Source: an uncultured cyanobacterium (GTDB taxonomy: Bacteria; Cyanobacteriota; Cyanobacteriia; Cyanobacteriales; CAWCAG01). Taken from it: a stretch of DNA of 64,000 nt. Under the pieces are notes generated by a model. It was not told where the DNA came from. It worked only from the letters and a program-made list of their open reading frames with translations, and ran no database searches. Of the stretch, positions 33,101 to 42,500 are shown piece by piece (positions within the stretch are counted from its first letter, which is position 1; the number at the start of each line of letters is the position of its first letter). The position numbers and the translations under genes are program-made. Location of the stretch: assembly GCA_963793425.1 (NCBI GenBank), contig CAWCAG010000005.1, positions 1,792,001-1,856,000 of the forward strand. Direction: 5' to 3'.

Positions 33101-33392
33101 GTTCAAAATAGTCAATAGCACGTTGATATTCTCCAAGCCCCTTATAGGAAAATCCAATATTTCCTAGTACTCCTCCTTCTGACTCACGGTCTAAAAGTTC
33201 TTTTGTAATGTTTAATTGTTGCTCAAAATATCCAATTGCCTGTTGATATTTCCCTAAAGAGTTTAAACAGCTTCCAATCATGTTAAGTGCCTGATTTTCA
33301 GACTGTTTGTTTTTAAGTTCTCTTGCAATTGATAGCTGTTGTTCAGCATATTCAATCGCTTTCTATAATTCTTCGGAGCGATTAACTGTCAT
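30167..33392 (-). pseudogene. large TPR protein (~1074 aa reconstructed) with internal two-repeat motif, Gly-rich helix and Gly-zipper tail; one in-frame TAG and one +1 frameshift
   Basis: ATG 33392 reads MTVNRSEEL*KAIEYAEQQL..., in frame with ORF 32061..33281. At ~32072 one extra base separates LFNLA from MDYDKISHFHEAIEFY (ORF 30167..32071) inside one TPR. Roughly 16 repeats of ~40 aa. Confidence 0.75.
30183..30245 (-). repeat. 24-bp in-frame tandem repeat encoding (GGVAEGIV)n
   Basis: CCTCCAACTATTCCTTCTGCAACA / CCTCCAACTATCCCTTCTGCAACT plus a degenerate partial copy. Confidence 0.75.
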
Positions 33393-33864
33393 CCCTAGAC
33401 TCCATTGATACATCACTGATCTTGAGATTCTGGACTTGCCAGTTTTTCCCTACAATCTGTTCAGACTTTCCTTTGCTCTCACTTACCTGCTTTAGTTTTT
33501 CTAATTCAAAATTTTTAGCCCGTAATCCATTTATAAACATTTGGAAAGATGAAGACTGAGCCTGTACTTGATTCACTAAAGCTTGTAGCTGTTCTGCAAA
33601 TTCTGAGTCATCTTCCATTTGTCCAATAATTTCCGCTTCTAAGACTTTAATATTATGCTTTGTTGGATTTTTTTCAGCTCTTTTTAATAATCCTGAGCTA
33701 TTTACTTGTTCCAGCTTATTTTGAATAGATTTGCGTGCAGCTTTGATTATTGCTCCACTTTTCTCCAGAGTCGCTTCACCAAGTTTTTCACCTACCTTCT
33801 CTACTGCCTTGGGCAGAATTAGAGAAGTAATGGCTCCAGCAATTACCGATATAGGATCAACCAT
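33382..33864 (-). CDS. small helical protein (Bell/HeLo-like N-terminal domain) with C-terminal pseudo-repeat motif
   Basis: MVDPISVIAGAITSLILPKAVEKVGEKLGE...DSEFAEQLQALV, then two ~22-aa repeats; overlaps the start of the TPR gene. Confidence 0.7.
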   Translation of the reverse strand: MVDPISVIAGAITSLILPKAVEKVGEKLGEATLEKSGAIIKAARKSIQNKLEQVNSSGLLKRAEKNPTKHNIKVLEAEIIGQMEDDSEFAEQLQALVNQVQAQSSSFQMFINGLRAKNFELEKLKQVSESKGKSEQIVGKNWQVQNLKISDVSMESRDDS

Positions 33865-34158
33865 TGCTCTTTTTCTTTTTAATTATTGTGAAATGAGATA
33901 ACTATACTCAGCGTTATTTCTCAGACCAAGTAAGGTCTAGACTTTTTTCTCACTAAATACAAATAACCTTTGCAAAACAGCAACATAACTTGAATCTGCA
34001 TTAGCTTAAATGTATTGGCAACATTAGAAATCAACCCAAAATCTTTGACTACATTAGGGTAGCTGTAGCGCACCAAGAGAGGCTATTTCAGCCGATATTT
34101 GCTACCCACAACGTGAAGTTCAGACTTTATTCTTCTTTTTTATTTTAGCTTGAATCAG

Positions 34159-34200
34159 AGCTTTGGCCAGGATGCCTGGTTAAATATCCTGGGTAAAGCT
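34159..34200. terminator. hairpin downstream of cruA
   Basis: AGCTTTGGCCAGGAT...ATCCTGGGTAAAGCT imperfect inverted repeat. Confidence 0.5.
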
Positions 34201-34210
34201 AGCTTTGTTT

Positions 34211-36205
34211 TTAGATATTGGTTTTCAATACTACTGTTAAACCGTAGTTAAAACTTAGTAAGCGCAACCAGAGGGAAGGATAATTCTTTTCTAGATAGGG
34301 CTGTAAGCGCTTCAGCAAGCTAGGAAACCAACCTAGGAATAGCCAGCTAATTAGAGAATCGATGGTAAAAGAGAAATAAGTTCCTAACCAACGCAGTAAA
34401 TCTTTTGTACCCGCTTGTACCCAAATCCACCACAACAAACTAGGATTCATTTTTGCGGCTTTGAGAGCTAAGCGATTGAAGGTTAGCCAGTTGATTTTAT
34501 CTTTAATGAAAGTATCTGCTACTTCTGGAGGTTCATGAGCTAAAAGTCCGAAGAAAGTATTGAGCATTCCGTTAATGCGTTGGGGAGGTAAACTCTTTCC
34601 GGTGGGAACCATCATACCTTTAGAAAAAAGCCAGGTAACAGCGACATTACTCTGATAAGCGCGGATCTGATTCAAATCCTTGGTACTGAGTAAGTCATAT
34701 TTTAGGGCTGTATCAAGTAAATTGGTTAAGCGCCCTAAGTTGCGTACTAAGGAACCAAAGCCCGTAAATACCAAAGGAGACTGAAGAGAAGCCGCATCAC
34801 CAATAGCTAACAAACGATCAAAAGCAACCGTGCGATCGCGACTCCCTAAACTAAAATGTCCGGGAATGTAACCGAAAGTTGCCTTCTTCCAAACCAACTT
34901 TTCCAGGTCGCAACGGCGGTACTCCGGTAAAATTGTAAAGAAATCTTCATACATTTCTAATAAAGAGCCGGGGTTATCAGGATGGACTTGATGATAATGA
35001 AATAAATAGATAGTAAGTTCGTTGTTTGCTCCGGGAAATAACTCCCAAATTAATTGTCTTCCCCTAGAAATATCCCCGTGGGAATTCAAAACATCACCAT
35101 AGTCACTATCCCAAACTTCCGGCGCAAAACCGCTCTCTACTACTGCTCCTACCGTAGGACAAACACTATCAAAAGCACGAGTGCCATTAAGTTGCCAAGC
35201 AATCGGAGAAGCGCTGCCCATGGCATCTATCAATAAGCGTCCTTGGGCTTGTTTTGCTGTTTGTGTGGGTAAGTGAGTGAGTTGAATATTCACCTGATTC
35301 TCCCCCACCTCAGCCCGAACAAATTCCGTTTCATCCCAGATTTCTCCCCCCCTTTGACGCAATTTTTCCCCGCATAAATGCAGCAGTCGCTCTGAGTTGA
35401 GGGCAATATTTAAAACCGTAGGAGTGTGTAAAACTTTAGCTTGAAGATGAGTGGGAAGACTCTCATCAAAAAATTTATTAAAACCGTCTTTATATTCCTT
35501 GGCAATTAGACTTTCAAATTCTTCTTGAGTAAATAAACCCAAATTAATCAAGCTTTGAAACTCGCTCCGGGAAATATTCCATTCCCGATTCATTTTCCCA
35601 AAGGGCAACCGTTCTACTAATAGTACTTTATAGCCTAATTGCGCCATCACTGCGGCATGAATAACCCCTAAAGCTCCGCCGATGTAAATGAGGTCGTAGT
35701 TATGAGGAAGGGCTTGCTCAACAGGAGAAGCACGAAAGATGACTTGTTTCGGTTTTTGGGGTTTTCCGACATTCTCTCGCCAACTTTTTTCCCACCAATA
35801 AGCCCGTTGCAAATCGTATTCTCCATGGGGAATCTTTTGGAAAAATTTAACAGTTAGAGGATAGTAAGGTGCTAAGGCTTCAAAAATAGATTGTTCTGAT
35901 AAATTAATTTCCGGAGGAGCAGGATATTGACAAGGGAAATTAGTTCCTAGATCCGTAATCAAGCATCGACAAATTGTATGTTCTTGAGGAATTGAAGTTT
36001 CTCCCCAACGAAACATTTTCAAATAGGTAGTTCGTTGGACAGACCAAACAAAAATTGATAATTCTGATTCGGGAGAAAAGCATAAGCGAATACCATCAGA
36101 TGTTAAGATTTTTTTCCCCTGAGAAGGCTGCCATGTCTCCTGTAACCAATACCGTACAGCCGCTGTGTCTGGAGTAGGAACTTCTCTATAAAGAATTTCT
36201 TTCAT
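34211..36205 (-). CDS. cruA: CruA-type lycopene cyclase (FAD-dependent)
   Basis: N-terminal EVPTPDTAAVR.WLQ, YDLIYIGGALG, REWNISR, IGDAASLQSPL.FTGFGS; 664 aa fits CruA rather than the shorter CruP. Confidence 0.75.
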   Translation of the reverse strand: MKEILYREVPTPDTAAVRYWLQETWQPSQGKKILTSDGIRLCFSPESELSIFVWSVQRTTYLKMFRWGETSIPQEHTICRCLITDLGTNFPCQYPAPPEINLSEQSIFEALAPYYPLTVKFFQKIPHGEYDLQRAYWWEKSWRENVGKPQKPKQVIFRASPVEQALPHNYDLIYIGGALGVIHAAVMAQLGYKVLLVERLPFGKMNREWNISRSEFQSLINLGLFTQEEFESLIAKEYKDGFNKFFDESLPTHLQAKVLHTPTVLNIALNSERLLHLCGEKLRQRGGEIWDETEFVRAEVGENQVNIQLTHLPTQTAKQAQGRLLIDAMGSASPIAWQLNGTRAFDSVCPTVGAVVESGFAPEVWDSDYGDVLNSHGDISRGRQLIWELFPGANNELTIYLFHYHQVHPDNPGSLLEMYEDFFTILPEYRRCDLEKLVWKKATFGYIPGHFSLGSRDRTVAFDRLLAIGDAASLQSPLVFTGFGSLVRNLGRLTNLLDTALKYDLLSTKDLNQIRAYQSNVAVTWLFSKGMMVPTGKSLPPQRINGMLNTFFGLLAHEPPEVADTFIKDKINWLTFNRLALKAAKMNPSLLWWIWVQAGTKDLLRWLGTYFSFTIDSLISWLFLGWFPSLLKRLQPYLEKNYPSLWLRLLSFNYGLTVVLKTNI

Positions 36206-36364
36206 TTTAGGTACACAAATTAAAGGTTAAATACTCGCAATGGCTAGTTGACTTTAAGCCAAAGTACGCTACACTTCCCAAGTACTGAATAATTAAAATC
36301 GCTTTAAGAAAATTAACATTAAACTCATATTTGTAAACATTTTGGGCGTAAAGGTGACTCAACA

Positions 36365-36598
36365 ATGAATTATCCCATTCCAGCTAGTCCAGAAGAAATT
36401 ATTGCTCTGCGGCAGAACCCGATTGATGAAGAATTAATAGCTACTGCGATCGCAGGAGTAGTTAATATTGCTCGTTCCCAAGGAAAATCTTTAGATCAAC
36501 TAACAGCAGAGGTTCTCGAAGAAGATGCCCTCCTTGATCAAGTGCAACGTCGTTGGTTGAGTAATGTCGTAACTCAAGCCTGGCTAGAATTACCTTAA
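36365..36598 (+). CDS. small hypothetical protein
   Basis: 77 aa, helical, GGTGA before ATG; resembles a small conserved cyanobacterial family (from memory). Confidence 0.75.
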   Translation: MNYPIPASPEEIIALRQNPIDEELIATAIAGVVNIARSQGKSLDQLTAEVLEEDALLDQVQRRWLSNVVTQAWLELP

Positions 36599-36637
36599 GT
36601 TAAGTATGATTACTTATAGCCAACCAATTTATTTTTT

Positions 36638-36653
36638 TGTATCATAAGATACA
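36638..36653. promoter_or_regulatory. NtcA-type binding site
   Basis: TGTATCATAAGATACA, i.e. GTA-N8-TAC with extended palindrome. Confidence 0.65.
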
Positions 36654-36810
36654 ACTTCTGATAGATAGCAAACAATCTAAACTTTTGGAAAAATAGAAAG
36701 GAAGTGTCTGCATCATCTGGGAAAAGTGTCCTGTTTGGGTTGCTAGTCCCGCCGCAAACATCTGTCATGACAAGTTTAGAAACATCCCATTAGTAAGGGT
36801 GAATTAAACC

Positions 36811-37026
36811 ATGAATATTACAAAAACCAACCTAAGAGATCAAGTTAGACAACTAGCAGAGCAAGCCTTTGAGAAGCACTTAGTTTCTGGTTATGGCGAC
36901 GGGCAGTATAGTAATGAATATCAGCTTGTTATCAATGGTAAACCAAGGCATTTTCCTTTAGAACATGCTTACGGAATATTAAATAATATCTTAAATACAG
37001 CGAGTGATGATTGGCGAATAGCTTAG
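36811..37026 (+). CDS. small hypothetical protein
   Basis: 71 aa, AF...LVSGYGDG...EYQLV..GKPRH; AGGGTGA before ATG; terminator follows. Confidence 0.75.
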   Translation: MNITKTNLRDQVRQLAEQAFEKHLVSGYGDGQYSNEYQLVINGKPRHFPLEHAYGILNNILNTASDDWRIA

Positions 37027-37084
37027 AGACTAGGTTTCGCTAGGGCTGTAGGGATTGAGAATTGGGCTAAATAATCAATTAAAA

Positions 37085-37121
37085 GCTATTGCTGAGGATA
37101 ATTCAGCAGTAGCCTTTTTTT
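37085..37121. terminator. bidirectional intrinsic terminator
   Basis: AAAA-GCTATTGCTGA-7 nt-TCAGCAGTAGC-CTTTTTTT between convergent genes. Confidence 0.8.
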
Positions 37122-37152
37122 CAGCAATCATATAGAACTTACGTCGTTCAAC

Positions 37153-37398
37153 CTAAGCTACTAACTCTTCTTCTGCATCCCAAACATCTTCTTGCAAAGA
37201 ATCTGCTTGTTGTACTTCAGCTTCCTCTTCCTCAACTAATTGCTTTTGCTCTGCTGCTAATTTCTCAGAAGATGTAGTTAGATTCACTTTAAAAACGCTA
37301 TTTTTGGGTACTGCATTAACAAAATCATCAAACATTCTATCTAGTTGCTGCGGTAAAGTAGCCATTTCTGAGAAAGGTTGCTAACGAAGTAATGTCAT
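37153..37398 (-). pseudogene. small heat-shock protein (HspA/Hsp20) relic lacking the alpha-crystallin domain
   Basis: AGAGGA RBS, then MTLLR*QPFSEMATLPQQLDRMFDDF (sHSP N-arm, W->amber) joined directly to KNSVFKVNL (C-terminal VxV motif). Confidence 0.65.
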
Positions 37399-37808
37399 AG
37401 TAATTCCTCTTTTTATTGCTTAATTCTTAGTTGTTATATTCCTATAATGAACTAGATAACTAAATCCAACATTGGGGAAACCGCCGAAAAAAAATACGGT
37501 TTTACCTACACCTTTTCTTATGTCTTAATCCCTACTTCCCACTCCCTACTCCCTTCCCCAACTAGCAACAGAATTTAAAGTTATATAACCTTTTCCAGAT
37601 TGAGCCAATAGCACTGAGGTAAACTAGCACTTGAACTCCGAAGTCCCTAGGGCATAGGGCTTAAAAGTTTCTCCTCAAGGAGACGCTTTGCGAACAGATA
37701 ATGTCTTCAATAGAAGAGTATCTGAAAAACCAATGCTTACTTATTCGCGGAACATTCCGAAGGAAAGAGGAGTGTAGGTATGCCAAAAAAATGGAGAACA
37801 CTCGGTAA

Positions 37809-38069
<261 letters not shown>

Positions 38070-38101
38070 TAGCAAATCCTCTTGAAATACCTTTAAAAAT
38101 C

Positions 38102-38133
38102 AAAAGAGAGAGCTAGTTGCCCTCTCTTTTTTT
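38102..38133. terminator. intrinsic terminator after psaC
   Basis: AAAAGAGAG...CTCTCTTTTTTT. Confidence 0.75.
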
Positions 38134-38194
38134 AAGAAGGGAGTAGGGAGTAGGGAACAGGTGAAAAACAGGTGACAGGTGATAGTCTAATTGC

Positions 38195-39259
38195 TCAGTA
38201 TGTCTCCTTAGCATCTTCTTTTTCCTTAATAAGCCAATAAGTCGTCATCTTCCCTTTACCTTTAATCTCCACTTCACCGCGTTTCTCAAACACATAGCGG
38301 TCGCGACAGAGTTTGTAAGTACTTTCAGTAACTTGAATTTTGCTAGAAACCCCTGAAGATTCCATACGGGAAGCCACATTAACCGTATCCCCCCAAAGAT
38401 CGTAAATAAACTTAGTCACCCCAATTACTCCCGCTACCACCGGCCCGCTGTGAATGCCGATACGAATGGTAAAATTTTCTTGCTTATGGTTAGGAATTTT
38501 AGCGATCGCCTTTTGCATATCTAAAGCCATAGCCGCGATCGCTTGGGCATGATCTGGCCTAGCCACAGGTAATCCTCCTGCTACCATATAAGCATCGCCA
38601 ATAGTTTTAATTTTTTCTAAGCCGTGTTTTTCGGCAAGTTGGTCGAACTGAGAAAAAATGGTATTGAGGACACTAACCAATTCTAAAGGAGAAATTTGAG
38701 CAGAAAAAGGTGTAAAACCAACAATATCAGCAAAAAGAACTGTAGCATTCTGGAAACGTTCAGCCAAAGAACCTTGATACTCTTTTAACTGTTCAGCGAT
38801 CGCTTTTGGTAGAATATGTAGCAATAAACGCTCAGATTTTTCTCTTTCACAGCTTAATTGTTCATTAGTTCGCTTCAGTTGTTGAATTAATTGGTACTGC
38901 CGCAACCCTACCCTAACCCTAGCCAATAGTTCACTAGGATCAATAGGCTTAGCCAAAAACTCATCAGCCCCAGCATCTAACCCCTGTACGCGATGGTTTA
39001 CCGACTCCTGGGAAGTAAGTAGAATAAAAAAAGCACTGCTTAAACTATCGCTAGCTTTCACCTGACGACAGACTTCCATACCATCCACAACTGGCATAAT
39101 CCAATCACAAATAATTACCCCTGGCTGCAACTTTTCTGCCAATTGGAGTCCTTCCGCACCGTTTTCAGCTACAGCGACATCATATCCTTCTCTTTCCAAA
39201 TCTCTTTTGAGAAATAGCCGCGTCACTCGATCGTCTTCGACTACGAGAATTTTTGACAT
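38195..39259 (-). CDS. response regulator receiver-class III adenylate cyclase
   Basis: REC (VEDD, CDWIMP, KP) plus FADIVGFT, KIKTIGDAYM, YDLWGDTVNVASRMES (ATP-type K/D pair). Confidence 0.92.
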   Translation of the reverse strand: MSKILVVEDDRVTRLFLKRDLEREGYDVAVAENGAEGLQLAEKLQPGVIICDWIMPVVDGMEVCRQVKASDSLSSAFFILLTSQESVNHRVQGLDAGADEFLAKPIDPSELLARVRVGLRQYQLIQQLKRTNEQLSCEREKSERLLLHILPKAIAEQLKEYQGSLAERFQNATVLFADIVGFTPFSAQISPLELVSVLNTIFSQFDQLAEKHGLEKIKTIGDAYMVAGGLPVARPDHAQAIAAMALDMQKAIAKIPNHKQENFTIRIGIHSGPVVAGVIGVTKFIYDLWGDTVNVASRMESSGVSSKIQVTESTYKLCRDRYVFEKRGEVEIKGKGKMTTYWLIKEKEDAKETY

Positions 39260-39526
39260 AGTTACCAGTTGGTGGGTGGGGAATTAGATTGCGGTTTGTC
39301 TCTACTGCAAAATCTAAGTCTTATATTTTTCTTTCTTTGTAGTCTTTATCCGGATTAAATTAAATTTTGTGAGTCTACATCTACTTGTCATAGCTATTAA
39401 TTGAAATAGATGTTATTAGACAATCAAACCTTTTAATTCAAGCCGAAACTGACCACAATATCTAAATAAGCTGAAGATGCACCCACTAGATATCATTACA
39501 TTACTATTATGGCTTAAGCAAATAGA

Positions 39527-42500
39527 TCAAAATGTTTTCACGAAAATCTGTACCTGCTCAAAAACTTGCTCTAGCCCCATAATAAGTTCTGGCGCTTTTT
39601 GTAATTTTTGATTGCGGGCTTCTGTTTCTAATTGAAGAGCTAATTCTGGCATTGATATTATGGCTACCATCGCTGCTGCGCCTTTGAGTTGATGAGCATT
39701 GATAGCCAAATTCTCAAAATCCCTTTCTTCTAAAGATTGCTTGATTTGGTACAAATAAATCGGAGCATCCTCCAAGAAAATTTGCATCATTTCTTGCTGG
39801 AACTCTTTACTACCCCGCGATATTTCTTCAAGACGAACCAGATTAAAAGGAGTTTCATGAGCTACCCTTACCTGAGTAATTGTTGCTGTTTGGAGCGCTT
39901 TTTGCCCTGAATTATGGTAAGCAGAAACTAGTTGAGGAGATGAACAATGAGCTTCTCCTAAAACCAACTTGGGTGAAGTTTTTTTCTTACTGATTTGAGG
40001 ACACCAGCGATCAATCACGCTGGCAAGCATTTCTAGGGTGATGGGCTTACTGATGTAATCATCCATCCCCCACTCCAAACACTTTTCTTTTTCTCCTTTC
40101 ATGGCATTAGCCGTAATCGCAATTACCGTAGTATGACGAGATATGCCCTCTTTTTCCCGTATTGCTTGGGTTGTTTTATAGCCATCAAGAATAGGCATTA
40201 AACAGTCCATAAACACAAGATCATAGTTTTGCTCAGATAATCTTTCTAGGGCAGCTTGACCATCTTCGGCACAGTCAGCTTGATAACCTAACATCTCAAA
40301 TTGAGATAGTAAAACTTTTCGGTTAGTGGGAGTATCTTCAACTAAGAGAATTTTGAGATGAGGATTTTGGGGAGGATGAATAGGCGGTTTGTGACGATAG
40401 GTAAAAGGAGAGGGAGAAGTAGGTTTATTCTTGAGGTAGAAAGTATTGGTGAGACAATCTAATAATTGAGAAGCTCTGATTGGTTTGAGTAAATAATCAG
40501 AAGCACCTTGCCAAAGTAGATTTTTCACTTCTTTGTGCTGGCGGATAGAAACCATCACAATCCATTTAACATTCTTCAAAACAGGGTCATACCTAATAAG
40601 TTGACCGAGAGTTTCGCCATTAATCTGGGGACTTTGCAAATCTACAAGGGCCACATCATAGGGCTTACTATCTAAAGCTGCTTTACGGAGTATAGAAATG
40701 GCAGCTTGGGTACTTTGGACTTCTTCAACTTGAATATTATAAGACTCTAAACAACTCTGAATTACTTGATAGCTAGTGGTATTGTTATCCACCACCAATA
40801 GTTTTAAACCATCTAGATGTTGTTCTCGCAAAGCCTTTAAATTAACTTGTGGTGTCTGTTTAGTGAACTGAACAGTAAACCAAAAAGTTGTACCTTGGCC
40901 TGATGCACTTTGAACACCAATTTCCCCTCCCATCAATTCAACTAATTGTTGACAAATTACTAATCCTAAACCTGTACCGCCATGGGTACGGGTTGTGGAA
41001 GTATCAATTTGAGAAAACGCTTGAAAAAGTTTCTTTTGCTCAGATTTAGAAATACCAATACCTGTATCCTTAACCTCAAAGCGCAATTTAATATGTTGAC
41101 GACTTTCTATCACAGGAGAAACACGAATGATCACTTCTCCTTTTTCAGTAAACTTAATACCGTTGCTTACCAAGTTAGTGAGAATTTGACGCAAGCGCCG
41201 GCCATCTCCTTTTAATTCTAAAGAGACATCACTTTCAATTAAAGTAAATACTCCTAAACCTTTGGTTTGAGCCTCTGCTGACAATAAATCTACTACTTCT
41301 TCTACACAGTTGCTTAGGTTGAAGTCTAGGGTTTCAATGTTCATTTCTCCAGCTTCTAGCTTGGAAAGGTCAAGAATATCGTTAATAATTAAGAGGAGAT
41401 TTTTAGCACTTTCGCTAATAGTTTGGACAAAATTAAGTTGTTGAGCATTCAGGGGAGTTTCTAATAACAAATCTGTCATTCCCAAAACCCCATTCATGGG
41501 AGTACGGATTTCATGACTCATATTGGCTAGAAACTGAGATTTCATTCGCGAGGCTTCTAAAGCAGTTTCTCTAGCTTCTACCAATTCGTTGATTTGGTGG
41601 GAAACTATCACAACACCACCAATGCTACCGTCAGGAGTGTACCAAGGATGTAGAGCCGAACGCAGATATAGTACACTACCATCAGCACGCTGCCAAATAT
41701 CTTCAGGGTAAGAGATGGACTCTCCTTTGAGTACTTTTTGCAAGTCTTCTTTCCAACTTTCAAGAAGATCAGGAAAAACTTCATAGTGACTACGACCTCG
41801 CAGATCTGCATCTCCTAAGTTATAATCTTGCAGCAACTTGTTACTGTAAGCTATGTAGCGCATTTGAGTATCTAACATTGCCATTGCTACTGGTGCTTGA
41901 GTAATAATCTCTCTAAGCTGCTGGCGTTCTTGTTCTAAGACAGATTCATATTGCTTCCGTGTGGTAATATCTTCGGCAATTCCGGCGATGCGATAAATTT
42001 CCCCAGCCTGATTTTTGACCGGAAAAGCGCGATCATGAATCCAGCAAGTTGTTCCGTCTGGGCGGAGAATGCGAAACTCTTGGTCATAATCTCCGTTTAC
42101 ACTGTGTAATTTAATAGCACTCTGAACTCTTTGTTTGTCTTCAGGGTGAATAAATTCTTGAAAAGATTGGGATGTAGTTAGTTTAGTGTTGCAACCACAA
42201 CCCCAAATTTTATCGCATTTGGGACTAACATAAATAGTCTCTTTAGTTTGAGCATCAACCATCCAGAAAACTTCTTCTAAGTTTTCTGCTAGTTGACGGA
42301 ACTTCTCTTCACTTTCTTGCAAAGCTTCTTGGGCTAGTTTACGTTCAGTAATATCTGCTTGAACCCCGATGTAGTGAGTTAGGTTTCCTAATTCGTCTTT
42401 CACCGGAGAAATGTAAAGATCATTCCAAAATAAGCTACCATCTTTGCGATAGTTACGCAGAACAACGTTACATTCTTTGCCTTCTCTCAAAGCCCCTCGT

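Noticed and set aside
36303..36320. HLR1/RpaB-like direct repeat upstream of cruA (similar one at 20763-20780)
   Set aside because: Several mismatches in AT-rich DNA; cannot be told from chance by eye.
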